Below are positions 23,159 to 36,480 of a DNA stretch of 42,197 nucleotides, piece by piece (the stretch's first letter is position 1; every line of letters starts with the position of its first letter). Source of the DNA: Octopus bimaculoides (lineage: Eukaryota); NCBI RefSeq assembly GCF_001194135.2, contig NC_068997.1, positions 31,255,629-31,297,825 of the forward strand, read 5' to 3'. The position numbers and the translations under genes are program-made. The notes under the pieces were generated by a model, which was not told the origin of the DNA, did not search any database, and worked only from the letters and a program-made list of their open reading frames with translations.

Positions 23159-24641
23159 GGGTTGTCTGGAAAGTTCATGCCGATTTATAGCTTACCTTTC
23201 GACTTATTTTAGAACATGGTTCAGTCCATAAAATATAATTTGACTACACCTCCATTTAGAGCACAGTTTAAGCTATCTTTTCGTGGAAGAAGGTTTATGT
23301 TCCTATAACCTGTGTTAATTCTGTAACCCCTTAAAATGGAAGATAAGAAAGTTCATTTTCGGCACTTGATGCTTTTCTTTTTCCGTAAAGGGAAAAATGC
23401 CTCACAAGAAACCAAAGAAATATGCNNNNNNNNNNNNNNNNNNNNNNNNNNNNNNNNNNNNNNNNNNNNNNNNNNNNNNNNNNNNNNNNNNNNNNNNNNN
23501 NNNNNNNNNNNNNNNNNNNNNNNNNNNNNNNNNNNNNNNNNNNNNNNNNNNNNNNNNNNNNNNNNNNNNNNNNNNNNNNNNNNNNNNNNNNNNNNNNNNN
23601 NNNNNNNNNNNNNNNNNNNNNNNNNNNNNNNNNNNNNNNNNNNNNNNNNNNNNNNNNNNNNNNNNNNNNNNNNNNNNNNNNNNNNNNNNNNNNNNNNNNN
23701 NNNNNNNNNNNNNNNNNNNNNNNNNNNNNNNNNNNNNNNNNNNNNNNNNNNNNNNNNNNNNNNNNNNNNNNNNNNNNNNNNNNNNNNNNNNNNNNNGAGA
23801 ATTAGCAGAAAGCCTCAACCTATCAAAATCCGTCATTCATGAGCACCTGGTAAAGCTTGCGTACACAAATCGCTACGATGTCTGGGTACCACATGAGTCG
23901 AGTGTGTAGAACCTTTTGGGTCGCATTTCCATTTGTGATTCGCTTTATAAACGGAATGAAAACGCGCCTTTTTTAAAACAGATTGTGACAAGTGATGAGA
24001 AATGGATTATCTACCGAAATGTTCAGAGAAAGCGATCCTGGAGTAAGCGACATGAGCCACCCTTAGCCACCCCCAAAAGCAGGTCTTCACCCTAAAAAAA
24101 GTCTTGCTTTGTGTCTGGTGGGATTGGAAAGGAATTCTGTGCTATGAGGTTCTCCCAAGTAACCAGACAATTAATTCTGAGAAATACTGCAAACAACTGG
24201 ACGAGGTAAAATCAGCAATTCAATAGAAACGTCCAGAATTGGCCAACGGGAAGGGTGTTGTTTTCCAACATGATAATGCGAGACCGCACGTTTCTATGGC
24301 AACCAGACAAAAATTGCTGCAGCTCGGTTGGAATGTGTTACCCCACACTCCATATTCACCAGATATTGCTTCTTCGAATTTCCACTAATTTCGGTCTCTG
24401 CAGAATAGTCTTAATGATAAAAATTTCAATTCCTTGGATGACGTAAAAAGATACCTTGATGAATTCTTTGCCATGAAACCATCTCAATTCTGGGAAGAGG
24501 GTATTTTCAAATTAAAGGAAAGATGAAGACGCATTATGCAACAAAATGGTTCATATTTGGTTAATTAAAAATGTAATGGCAAGTATTTATTGACCTTTTT
24601 CTTTCCTTTAAAAATCGGCACGAACCATCCAGACAACCCAA
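23157..24641 (+). mobile_element. Near-complete mariner (mellifera-subfamily-like), inactive
   Basis: 30-bp TIRs ttgggttgtctggaaagttcatgccgattt and ttgggttgtctggatggttcgtgccgattt (rc), with TA TSDs at 23155-56 and 24642-43. Transposase MEDKKVHFRHLMLFFFRKGKNASQ...YDVWVPHE...TSDEKW...HDNARPH...YSPDIASSNFH. The third catalytic Asp reads Asn; stops and a frameshift are present; gap at 23426-23795. Confidence 0.95.
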
Positions 24642-24654
24642 TATTATTATCAAC

Positions 24655-24708
<54 letters not shown>

Positions 24709-24712
24709 GTTA

Positions 24713-24770
<58 letters not shown>

Positions 24771-24794
24771 CATTATTATTATTATTATTATTGT

Positions 24795-25235
24795 ATGTTT
24801 GACTTTTGCTTTGTATTTGTACAACTTGGCTCCAAGTCTTACCCAGAGACCTCAAGAGACAACACGTTAAAAGATCATGCTGATGTCATGCCTAGAGTGT
24901 CATATATTTGGTTTTGTACATAGTTTGGTTGTAGAGAATGTTTAAGAAAATAAAGAAAATTATGAGTTTGTTTTAAAATTTGAGATTACATAGACAGTAT
25001 TCTTCGTAAGATATGGGCAGTTCTCATGAGCACTATCTTTTGAATTTCAGCCATTTTGGGGTTTCCTGGATTTGAGCTATGTGCCAACTAGCCCCTTTTG
25101 CTATCATTCCAAGGGCACCTATGACAACAGGTAGTATTTTAGTCTTGCCAATTTCTATTTCAAGACCTTTATACATGCTCAGATTTTGGTAGGTGTTGAC
25201 ATATATATTTATGTCGATTGAGACAGTCATATCAC
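24795..25235 (-). mobile_element. R4/Dong-type LINE 3' fragment
   Basis: Minus strand DMTVSID...YKGLEIEIGKTKILPVVIGALGMIAKG...LMRTAHILRRILS*, then a short 3' UTR running into (AAT)n at 24642-24792. Confidence 0.8.
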
Positions 25236-27243
25236 CGGAGGAACGAAGTTTGGAACTACTGAGGCGAAATTTGGTACGGATGAAGAATTCAGGTGTCTTC
25301 CATGACCTCTTTGAGGAATGACAGCTTCATCTTAATCCCCAACTATCATAGTCAGTGCCTTGCAAGAGTTACATTGCTGAATGTGCAGCCAGAGGTATCC
25401 ATCATCTGGTTAGTGGCGACCGTTGTGACAGGTTTAGAAAAAGACGAAGTGTCAATCTTGGAGGTCAAGAAAATACCTAGGTAAAACTGGTCATGTAAAG
25501 ATATGGAACTGATGTTACAAGATAAGCAAGACAATATCGATCAGCTGCCCAATCTAATCGATCTCTATGATGGTACTCAGCTGAAACAAGAAAAGCTAAA
25601 CTTCCACTGCTGCCAATATTACAAACACTGCAAATGCAAAATCATGAAGAAATTCTCATGACTCCTACACCTACATCCACACCTACGATCACAACCACTC
25701 CCAAACCAAGAAAATGAAGGGATCTACCTCCCAGCCCACCCCAGTTTCTACAGAAAGGCAAGCTTCTCCTGAACGCGCTGCCTCCCAAACGAATATCAGC
25801 TGCAATGATATGGAGAAAGAAGAGTTGAATGAAAAATGGTCACAGTGACAAAAGAGAGTAGGCGATAGAGGAGGAGAGTACATCGCTCTACTCCATGAAA
25901 TCAACAAAAATAAACAGAGAATCCACAACTACAGCACGATTCACAACCCTTCAAAAACAACATCATCAACAACATCATGAAAACGCAGAAACATAGAAAC
26001 AGCAAATTACGGGACATCAAAAACAAGATTATTCCTCAGACTGTAGACCAAATGTATCCATCTATTTTATTGTTTTGATCAAGTACATTAGTGAAATGAT
26101 GGATTTTGTAAGTCAAAATAAAAACAAAATAGAGACAGAGAGAAAGGAATTTGAGGATTTCATCCACAAAACTCTCAAGAGAAAGACACTCAATTAAAAC
26201 GTCGTCAGACGTTTATAAAACTATAAGGGGAAAATTCCCATGTGGGGATNNNNNNNNNNNNNNNNNNNNNNNNNNNNNNNNNNNNNNNNNNNNNNNNNNN
26301 NNNNNNNNNNNNNNNNNNNNNNNNNNNNNNNNNNNNNNNNNNNNNNNNNNNNNNNNNNNNNNNNNNNNNNNNNNNNNNNNNNNNNNNNNNNNNNNNNNNN
26401 NNNNNNNNNNNNNNNNNNNNNNNNNNNNNNNNNNNNNNNNNNNNNNNNNNNNNNNNNNNNNNNNNNNNNNNNNNNNNNNNNNNNNNNNNNNNNNNNNNNN
26501 NNNNNNNNNNNNNNNNNNNNNNNNNNNNNNNNNNNNNNNNNNNNNNNNNNNNNNNNNNNNNNNNNNNNNNNNNNNNNNNNNNNNNNNNNNNNNNNNNNNN
26601 NNNNNNNNNNNNNNNNNNNNNNNNNNNNNNNNNNNNNNNNNNNNNNNNNNNNNNNNNNNNNNNNNNNNNNNNNNNNNNNNNNNNNNNNNNNNNNNNNNNN
26701 NNNNNNNNNNNNNNNNNNNNNNNNNNNNNNNNNNNNNNNNNNNNNNNNNNNNNNNNNNNNNNNNNNNNNNNNNNNNNNNNNNNNNNNNNNNNNNNNNNNN
26801 NNNNNNNNNNNNNNNNNNNNNNNNNNNNNNNNNNNNNNNNNNNNNNNNNNNNNNNNNNNNNNNNNNNNNNNNNNNNNNNNNNNNNNNNNNNNNNNNNNNN
26901 NNNNNNNNNNNNNNNNNNNNNNNNNNNNNNNNNNNNNNNNNNNNNNNNNNNNNNNNNNNNNNNNNNNNNNNNNNNNNNNNNNNNNNNNNNNNNNNNNNNN
27001 NNNNNNNNNNNNNNNNNNNNNNNNNNNNNNNNNNNNNNNNNNNNNNNNNNNNNNNNNNNNNNNNNNNNNNNNNNNNNNNNNNNNNNNNNNNNNNNNNNNN
27101 NNNNNNNNNNNNNNNNNNNNNNNNNNNNNNNNNNNNNNNNNNNNNNNNNNNNNNNNNNNNNNNNNNNNNNNNNNNNNNNNNNNNNNNNNNNNNNNNNNNN
27201 NNNNNNNNNNNNNNNNNNNNNNNNNNNNNNNNNNNNNNNNNNC

Positions 27244-29960
27244 TGGCGTAGAATCGATAGCATTTAGTAAAGATTTAGCAATAGAAAGAAGCAGATTAGA
27301 AGGAGAACTAGTGAGAAGAGGCTATTAATAAAGGCATCGCAACTAACATGTTAATAGCGAGAATGGCCCTTGTCCATTTCTTTGAGGTGAAATATGAAGA
27401 TTGCGTTGTCAGAGCTAAGATTCTTTTGCTAAAAAACAAAGGAGTTAAAGCCGTCCGATGGGCCCAAACAGCAGAGACGCAACGTTGAAGCAAAACCACG
27501 CTCAAGTCTTTGACGGATTAGGACGGACGCATGCTATTCGGTTCTGAGCAGATGTGTGCGCTTTCCAGCAGCACTTTGCACAGCTGTTTGGGGAGGATGA
27601 TGAGTCGACGATGTTAGTGGACTTTACTTCGTACCTGGACGGCCTTCCACGGCTATCGTTAACGGATGCGAGATTCTTCGAAAAACCGATTACAATCACG
27701 AAAGCGATGAGCGATTGCAGAGTCACAAATCGCCCGGATTGGCTGGTCTGCTCTACGAATTCTATGTATTCATGCCAGATTTGTTTGGCAGCCACTTGGC
27801 AGACGACTACTGAAATTGGCAGCAGAACGGGAGAATTACTAGTGCTGTCAGCTGGGGTGTCATAATGCTACTGAGAACGAACGCGGACAATGGGGACGTG
27901 CAAGAAAATTCTCAGAACTTATCTTTGCTAAATATCGAATTTAAAATTCTGCCCAAGATGTTAGCGAAAAGGTTGGCGCTTGTAGTTAGTAGTCTGGTCA
28001 GAGAGGTATAAACCTTAAGAATCCTGAGCAAGTCTATCTACGACAAACTCCATCTTATGCGAAACATCGTAAAGAGGGCTGGGACTAATTCTGTCTTCAT
28101 TGGGACCCTGAACAATTTAGATCAGTCGAAAGCTTTCGATAGGGTTGATCATCGCTACTTGGAATCAATCTTTAAAGCGACCAGTTTCGGGCGCGTTTTC
28201 ATAGGTTAGATTGCTGCAATGCACAGTTGCACCTCTTCGGTGCAAAGTAAATGGCCACCTGTCTGAACCGTTTAGTGTCGCTCGTCCGGTCCGTCAGGGC
28301 TGCCAGCTATCACCTCTTCTGTATGAGCTGGCTCTCGAGCCACTGCTGCGGAAGTTGAAATAGCTAAGAGTCGCTCCTCTCGAAATTGNNNNNNNNNNGG
28401 GGGGGGGGGGTCGGTGTACGCGGACGACGTCATCGTCATGGTGTCAGACGGTCGGCTCCTTTGTAAGAGAATATGACTTGGTAGTAGGGACCAAAGTCAA
28501 CGCAGACAAGTCGGTGGGATTGTGATTGGGCACCGAGAGAAGCAAGTCGATGCCGTTGGACGGCGTCTTCGAATGCTGACTGCAGGACTAGTTAAACTGC
28601 TCGGGGTCCGGTTCGGTCTCAACCTCCATGTGGATAAGATGTGACGAACAGGGTGACTTCTGTTACCCAGAAATTGGCAGAGAAAAATGTCCCTGAAAGT
28701 TCGGGCAGAGGTGGCGAATGCCTACATCGCCTCTCATTATTTATAGTCTGACCGTCGTGCCCTGCCTCAATTACGCTCAGATTGGAGCGTATCCTGTTTA
28801 TATTTTTGGGGAAGGGATGCGCTCCAATGGTTAGGCGGTCGGTCTGTTGTCAAGTCACTCTGTGTGGCGGCTTAGGCATGCCATAGCTTTTGATGCGCAT
28901 ACACGCACTCAGATTGCGCCACTTGCAATCATTTCTAGAAGGTGAACGTGTGTTGGCTCCGTTTGTGATATACGCCTTTCCGCAGCTCGTCTCTTTGACG
29001 GAGCTGCAGTCCTGGGTAAAAGATAGGCCGAGACTGAGCCCCTGGCACATAGAATATTCTCAGAAGCTCACTGTCCTCTACAAGTCGGGCAATAGGTGGA
29101 TGTTACACTTTAAATATTTACAGAGGATTAGTAGCGGGGAAGTGCGACGACGTCCTCCGGGAAACTAGGCTTCCAAGAGGATGAACTGGCAAGTCTATTC
29201 CTGAGGACCTTCTGGTCGGGGCCTAATATCGATATTGTCCAGATGTTTTTTGCTTGGCAATGCTACCTGGTGGTAGGGGTGCTATCAGTTCGAGATAACT
29301 CTACAGGCATTGAGGTGCTGTCAGACGGGCTTGTCCGAAGTTCTCATAGAACGACGAAACCATTCTGCATGCACTCGTTAGTATACGGTAATTGCTGACT
29401 TGTGGAGTTATGTGGTGTGTGGGACGGAACCCACAGTCAGCCTAGTCCATAATGACGACTGTCGCGCCACCCTCCTTTAATCGAGAAGACAAGGTGGTTT
29501 TCGTTCGTTTGGTGAAAGCAATTAAGGCTAAAAGCAATGAAGACAGAAACGCTCCTTGGTAGAGCCCTCATCGACCATTTCAAGTTTCATTTGGTAAGGA
29601 AAGTGAGGGTGGAGAGAGAGGTGCTGTCCTCGAGTGAATTCACGAAAAGCGGCTGGAAATTGCGAAAATGGCAAGAGTGGAAGGTACCACTCTCAGTGTC
29701 CTGTGCGTCGGAAGAAAGAGATTTGGAGAGGGCTCTTGTTCATGGTATACAGGGTGATCTTGGATAGTGGGGTTCCTCGATTATCTGTTGAGGTCTTCCC
29801 GTTTCAGGAGAAACTCATCACTATCACCTTTTTTTTTCTTCTTAGTGCCGCATACTATGTATACTTCCCTTCTTTTAATGTATACTGCGTATGCTTTTCT
29901 TTTTCCAGTCTGCCTTTTTATCGTCCCCCTCATTCTTCGCCCTAGTAACGAATAAAAGGA
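27244..29960 (+). mobile_element. Tx1/L1-clade LINE ORF2 remnant with 3' UTR
   Basis: FQQHFAQLFG...YLDGLPRLS, KILPKMLAKRLALVV, LDQSKAFDRVDHRYL, VRQGCQLSPLLYELALEPLLRKL, YADDVIVMV, GGLGMP and a C-terminal C..ETILHAL. A U-rich UTR with aataaa is followed by (TAC)n. Many stops. Confidence 0.88.
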
Positions 29961-29973
29961 ATCATTATTTTTG

Positions 29974-30008
<35 letters not shown>

Positions 30009-30045
30009 TTACAACTACTACCACTCCCTTCAAAATTATTATTAT

Positions 30046-30450
30046 TATGGTGATCTCATATAAAGATAAACAGTGCATGTGGGGCCCAGTTAGAATTTTC
30101 TTCAGGTCGAGTAGCTCATCCCGCTCAAAAGGTCCCTGAATAAAGTTTGTTTAAGTATGTTGAGCAAAATACACATGTTTCCAAAAGTGAATTATTCAAA
30201 CCCCAAAGAATTCCTCTATGAAGCTTCCCAACTACTTCAGCTCATGATCAGAGATGCACATATCGCCAGCCACCAAGGGACATGCTCAACTGGTTAAGGT
30301 CAAACAACTGACAAGCAAATCTGTGGTATTGAGCAGAATATTTGCTGTAGCCCATCTTTTATACCAAGGTAAAACAATGTACATGATAATACTTCGAACC
30401 AGTTAAGATCAGAAGCCACCAGAACCACTGCCTGGTACTACATCCGGGTA
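30046..30450 (-). mobile_element. Short interspersed repeat (octopus SINE-like family)
   Basis: Non-coding ~400-bp GC-moderate unit bounded by (TTA)n tracts. Recognised from recall of a common cephalopod repeat (ccagttgagcatgtccctt...gcatctctgatca on minus). Not verifiable from this window alone. Confidence 0.5.
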
Positions 30451-30476
30451 TTTATTATTATTATTATTATTATTAT

Positions 30477-32153
30477 TGCTCAGTAGTTTTATTTTTATAA
30501 CGTGCTTTCACTTCGCTACCGAGCGCAGCTCTGTGTGCCTTGGGTATGTGCTGTCGTGTGCTGTGATGCTCTTATGGTTACTGTATTGAAAGTGTTTTGC
30601 GTAGGATGTGTGCAGTGCCCAGTAGTGCAATTTACTGTATGTTATATATATTTGTAAGTCCTGGTGTTTTTGTTATGTATTTGTCTGAATATTTTTTTAT
30701 TATACTTAAGGCACCTACTATGATAGGAATTGTTTCTGTTTTTAGATTCCACATTCGAGTTACCTCTATTTCCAGGTCTTTGTATTTTGAAAGTTTNNNN
30801 NNNNNNNNNNNNNNNNNNNNNNNNNNNNNNNNNNNNNNNNNNNNNNNNNNNNNNNNNNNNNNNNNNNNNNNNNNNNNNNNNNNNNNNNNNNNNNNNNNNN
30901 NNNNNNNNNNNNNNNNNNNNNNNNNNNNNNNNNNNNNNNNNNNNNNNNNNNNNNNNNNNNNNNNNNNNNNNNNNNNNNNNNNNNNNNNNNNNNNNNNNNN
31001 NNNNNNNNNNNNNNNNNNNNNNNNNNNNNNNNNNNNNNNNNNNNNNNNNNNNNNNNNNNNNNNNNNNNNNNNNNNNNNNNNNNNNNNNNNNNNNNNNNNN
31101 NNNNNNNNNNNNNNNNNNNNNNNNNNNNNNNNNNNNNNNNNNNNNNNNNNNNNNNNNNNNNNNNNNNNNNNNNNNNNNNNNNNNNNNNNNNNNNNNNNNN
31201 NNNNNNNNNNNNNNNNNNNNNNNNNNNNNNNNNNNNNNNNNNNNNNNNNNNNNNNNNNNNNNNNNNNNNNNNNNNNNNNNNNNNNNNNNNNNNNNNNNNN
31301 NNNNNNNNNNNNNNNNNNNNNNNNNNNNNNNNNNNNNNNNNNNNNNNNNNNNNNNNNNNNNNNNNNNNNNNNNNNNNNNNNNNNNNNNNNNNNNNNNGTT
31401 TCTTTTCATTATATGTTTTTGGTAATTTCTGGTGGGGAGGCTTTGGTCTTGTGCAGCAATTAAAAATCCTTCAGTCTCTGCTTTGAGTCCTGAGCTTCTC
31501 AACCATTGCTGGGATTTTTCTCTGTCTATTTCTTTTGCATTTAGTTTAGCCCAGTACTTATCATGTAGGGGCTTTTCTTGCCATCGTTTTATCATGGTCC
31601 GTTGCTGTTCTAGTTTTAGTTTGGATTTCATTTGTTTTATAGCTTTTGTTGTTTCTTCTTCTTCTTCGTATTTGTTAGGTAGTATGATTTCTTGTTTGTA
31701 TTTGCCAGCTTACTTAAATACTGAAAATAGTTTTTTGTTTTGCTCGTATTTTGTGGCTATTTGTATTAGTTTTCTTTGCTTCTGGAGTAGGTATATTAGC
31801 AGTCCTATGGTGGTTATTTTATAATAGTTTTCCAGCTGTATAAGACCCCTGCCACTTTCTGTGCGTTGTATATATAGCCTTTCTATGTCAGATTTTGGGT
31901 GGTGCATCCTATATCCTGTCATTATTNNNNNNNNNNTAGTTCTCTTATTTCATTGGCTTTATCCGGTGTGATGTTGCTACTTTTAACTAATTTTCCTCTT
32001 TTCAGGGTTGCTTTGGCACATTTTTCTAATCCGAATTTCATATCTATTTCCTTGGTAAAGCCAGGTACTGTCTGTAGTAGTGTTTCCAGCTCTTTGTCAT
32101 TTCTAGCCTATAATTTTAGGTCATCAATATATAAAAAGTGGCTGACTGTTTTA

Positions 32154-32155
<2 letters not shown>
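30477..32155 (-). mobile_element. R4/Dong-type LINE copy A (RT domain 5 to 3' end)
   Basis: SHFLYIDDLKL...FGLEKCAK, MHHPKSDIERLYI.R...[25 protein letters not shown] and KIALLGTAHILRKTL*. Flanked by (ATT)n on both sides; contains gaps. Confidence 0.85.
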
Positions 32156-32194
<39 letters not shown>

Positions 32195-32347
32195 TGTAAA
32201 GAATAAAAAGTTTTGAATGGTACAACAATGCACTATAATACAAAAAATGGACTATACCTGTTGTAATTTAGTTGTCTATAGTCCGATGATATTTCGGAAT
32301 ACAATTCAAACAATACACAATGCTTCAAGCGAAATACAATACTCTCC

Positions 32348-32397
<50 letters not shown>

Positions 32398-32399
<2 letters not shown>

Positions 32400-34540
32400 G
32401 CCTTTCCACAGCTTCTAACGCTGGAGATGTACTACCGTATCAGCTATTCACTACCAGTGAACTAAGGTATTACCTCTTACTTTCCGAGCACCTTCCGGAG
32501 TATACGAGCGATCCCAAGCAGTTCTGTTTTCTGCAAGTCCTCCACCTTTCTTGCAGCCCTTATATGTTCCACGTACTTCCCGAAATTTTTGCTCACTGTT
32601 CCCAGGGCTCCGACAATTATTGCTACTACTACTACTACCTTTTCCATCGACAACAACTGATTAACTTCCCAAGCTAACCTGTTATATCTGTCGACTTTTC
32701 TTTCTTCCTTATCGCTACCCTGTCGGCTGAGCATGCTATGTCTATGATACAGCATCGTTTGTTTTCTTTCTCAATTAAGACTATGTCCGGCTTTCTATTC
32801 TCAACCTCATGGTCGCACTAAATCATAAAATCCCACAAGATCTTTGCATTTCTATTTTCTGTCAAGTCTATACTTGTTGCAAAGTGTCCAATGGACAAGC
32901 CTGGCTATATTGTCGTGGCATCTCTTATATTATTTCTGGACTAGTGGCGTACATTGGCTGGTAATATGCCATACGGTTTCACGGTTTTGTCTACAGATTC
33001 TGCACTTATCACTTTCTGGTGTGTTGGCTAGCCTGTATTTGATGTAGTTTGTTCATAATGCTTTCTCTTGGGCATCACAGATTAGGGCCTCCATTTTCGT
33101 TTTTAAATCACTTTTAGTCATCTACAGCCATCTTTTTTCTCTGTCTGTCTTATCTTCAGCATCTCTATGAAATTGACCATGCATTCTTTTCTTTACTCAC
33201 ATATTTTCAGTTTCATTCGTTTTTAATTTCTTGTATAGTGCTTTACCTTTGCAATCTTTCATCCTACACAAGCATGACCTTCTTACTTCTAATAATATCA
33301 GTTGTGTGGCATTTTTTACATACTATACTGTTGTTTTCTTCTCCTCTAACGCCATGTTCACATCCAATAAGTCCTCTTCTCTCTCTTTTTTCTTGGTGCA
33401 TATAGTCTGTCTGTATCACTTTTTGGGTGGAGTGACCCATATCTAGTTAGCAACTTCCTTGTCTTTCTGTCTAAGCTGTTTAGTTCGTCTACTGTCCATG
33501 CGATTACCCCTGCTCCATATCTAAGGAGTGAAACCGCCCATGTGTTGATAGCTTCAATCTTATTCTGTCCGTTTAATTTCGACTTAAGCATCAGTCTTAG
33601 TCAGCGCAAGTACTCCTCCTTAAATTTTTCTGTCATTTCTTTCTCCATCAATTTATCCATTTCCAAAATCCCCAAGTACTTATAGCCTGTCTCTTCTATT
33701 TGTTTCATAACCTCCCCCGACGGTATCGTTATCCCGTCCATACATTTGATCTTGCCTCTTTTCAAGATTAACACACCACACTTTCTTTGTCAGGACTCCA
33801 TTCTGATATCTGAACTGAAGGTATACTCCATATCAACGAAGGAACTGACTTGGGCTTCATCTTTACCATAAAGTTTGAGGTCATCCATGAATAACAAATG
33901 GTTGACATTTTGCTGGCGGCTTTTGAATACATACCCAATTTTTGCTTTCCTCAGAATCAGTGTTAGTGGTATCAAGCATAGTACAAAGATCAGTGGGAAC
34001 AAGCAGTCCCATTGGAAGATGCCCCTCCTAATTTCTACTGTCCCTAAGCTTCTTCCGTATACAGTCAGATCCGTCCTCCAATTCGCCATACTTCCTTCGA
34101 GAACATGTCTACCCCTGCCTGGATTCTTATTTTCCACCATGGATCTTTTCTTTTGTCACTCCCATTATGTTTCTTTTTCTTGACATCCACACCCACGTTT
34201 TCTGCTCCAACAATACTTGCTGCCTTGATCAAATTATTTGTTTCTGTGATGTTGTTTGTTCTGATGTATTTCAGAATTTCATTGACATTTTTCGTTTCTT
34301 GGTTCAATTTCCATCCATCAACCTTTTAAGGTTGCAAATAATGTCGCTATCGTTCTCCTGTAGTCTTGCCTTTATTCTGTCATAGATTGCCTTTTGTTCA
34401 TCTGTCATGTCGCCATTAGTTTTGTCTTCTAGATCATTTATATGTGCCTCATCAAGTAAACTATCATTATTCCTTTCCTGTGCGGTGGGATTACTCTTAT
34501 TAGTAAGAACTGTAATTTCATTGTTATCTCTGCTGCTATT
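32398..34540 (-). mobile_element. R4/Dong-type LINE copy B (internally deleted)
   Basis: NITETNNLIKAA...DPWWK is joined directly to RRGIFQWDCLFPLIF...HLLFMDDLKLYGK, followed by LKSKLNGQNKIEAINTWAV, RPDIV and KVDRY..LAWEV...IIVGALG. Confidence 0.85.
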
Positions 34541-35235
34541 NNNNNNNNNNNNNNNNNNNNNNNNNNNNNNNNNNNNNNNNNNNNNNNNNNNNNNNNNNNN
34601 NNNNNNNNNNNNNNNNNNNNNNNNNNNNNNNNNNNNNNNNNNNNNNNNNNNNNNNNNNNNNNNNNNNNNNNNNNNNNNNNNNNNNNNNNNNNNNNNNNNN
34701 NNNNNNNNNNNNNNNNNNNNNNNNNNNNNNNNNNNNNNNNNNNNNNNNNNNNNNNNNNNNNNNNNNNNNNNNNNNNNNNNNNNNNNNNNNNNNNNNNNNN
34801 NNNNNNNNNNNNNNNNNNNNNNNNNNNNNNNNNNNNNNNNNNNNNNNNNNNNNNNNNNNNNNNNNNNNNNNNNNNNNNNNNNNNNNNNNNNNNNNNNNNN
34901 NNNNNNNNNNNNNNNNNNNNNNNNNNNNNNNNNNNNNNNNNNNNNNNNNNNNNNNNNNNNNNNNNNNNNNNNNNNNNNNNNNNNNNNNNNNNNNNNNNNN
35001 NNNNNNNNNNNNNNNNNNNNNNNNNNNNNNNNNNNNNNNNNNNNNNNNNNNNNNNNNNNNNNNNNNNNNNNNNNNNNNNNNNNNNNNNNNNNNNNNNNNN
35101 NNNNNNNNNNNNNNNNNNNNNNNNNNNNNNNNNNNNNNNNNNNNNNNNNNNNNNNNNNNNNNNNNNNNNNNNNNNNNNNNNNNNNNNNNCACTTTGCTAA
35201 TTTCTATTTCAAGATCTTTATATTTGCTCATTATG

Positions 35236-35291
<56 letters not shown>

Positions 35292-35292
<1 letters not shown>

Positions 35293-36300
35293 GTCTTTGT
35301 ACAGCTTGTAGCACTGGAGTTGTAATACGGTATCAGGTGTTCACTACCAGTGAACTAAGGTAACACATCTTATTCTTCGAGCACCATCCGGAATATTCGA
35401 ACGGTTCCAAACAGTGCTATTTTCTGCAAGTCCTACACCCTTATTGCTGCCCCTATTTGTTCCATGTACTTCTCAAGATTTTTACTCACTGTCTCCAGGG
35501 CTACGACAATTTTTGGCACTACTACTAGCTTTTTCAGCGACCACAACTGTTTAACCTCCCAAGCTAACCTGTTATATCTGTCGAGTTTCCTTTCATCCTT
35601 ATCGCATACCTTGTTGTCAGCTGGGCGTGCTAATCTATGATCCAGCATCGTTTGCTTTCTTTCTCAATTAACACTATGCCTGGTTTGTTATTCTCAATCT
35701 CATGGTCGCACCGAATCATAAAATCCCATAGGATATTTGCATTATCATTTTAGATGATTCCTTCGGGTTTATGTACTTATCACTTTTTTGCTTTGTCAAG
35801 TCCTTACTTGTTGCAAAGTGTCCAGAGGACAATCCTTGCTATGTTGTCATGACGTGTCTTATATTCTTTCTGGGCTAGTTGCGTACATTGACTGGTAATG
35901 TGCCATGCGGTTTCACCGTTTTGTTTACAGATTCTGCACTTATCACTTTATTATGTGTTGTCTAGCCTGTATTTGATATAACTGGTTCTTGATGCTTGTT
36001 CTTGGGCACCACAGACTAGAGCTTCCGTTTCCGGTTTTAAATGACTTTTAGTCATCCATAGCCATCTTTTTTCTCTGTCTGTCTTATCTTCAACATCCCT
36101 CAGTCTAATCTGCTTAGTTCATCTGTCCATGCGATTACCCCTGCTCCATATCTAAGGAGTGAAACCGCTCTGGTGTTGATAGCTTCAATCTTATTCCGTC
36201 CGTTTAATTTCGACTTGAGTATCGGTCTTAGCCTGTGCAATTACTCCATCTTAAATTTTATCTCCATCAATTTATGCATTTCTAATTTATCCATTATCCA
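35292..36300 (-). mobile_element. R4/Dong-type LINE copy C (close paralog of B)
   Basis: Colinear with 32398-33660 (tcactaccagtgaactaaggta, ctaacctgttatatctgtcg, gcacttatcacttt) but lacks ~330 bp of B. Bounded by (ATT)n and (TCT)n. Confidence 0.85.
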
Positions 36301-36381
36301 GTCTTCTTCTTCTTCTTCTTCTTCTTTGTCTTTCAATCTAATCTAAGTTGTTTAGTTCGTCTACCCCTGCTCCATATCCTC

Positions 36382-36430
<49 letters not shown>

Positions 36431-36431
36431 G

Positions 36432-36479
<48 letters not shown>

Positions 36480-36480
36480 G

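Noticed and set aside
22874-24855. Poly-I/T/Y/N/V/L ORFs, and similar CVCV/HTHT/YIYI ORFs elsewhere
   Set aside because: Translations of tri- and dinucleotide microsatellites; no coding evidence.
32270-32340. ccgatga followed by a tatt/aata hairpin, and gaaatatc on minus
   Set aside because: The core halves are not in hammerhead order on either strand.
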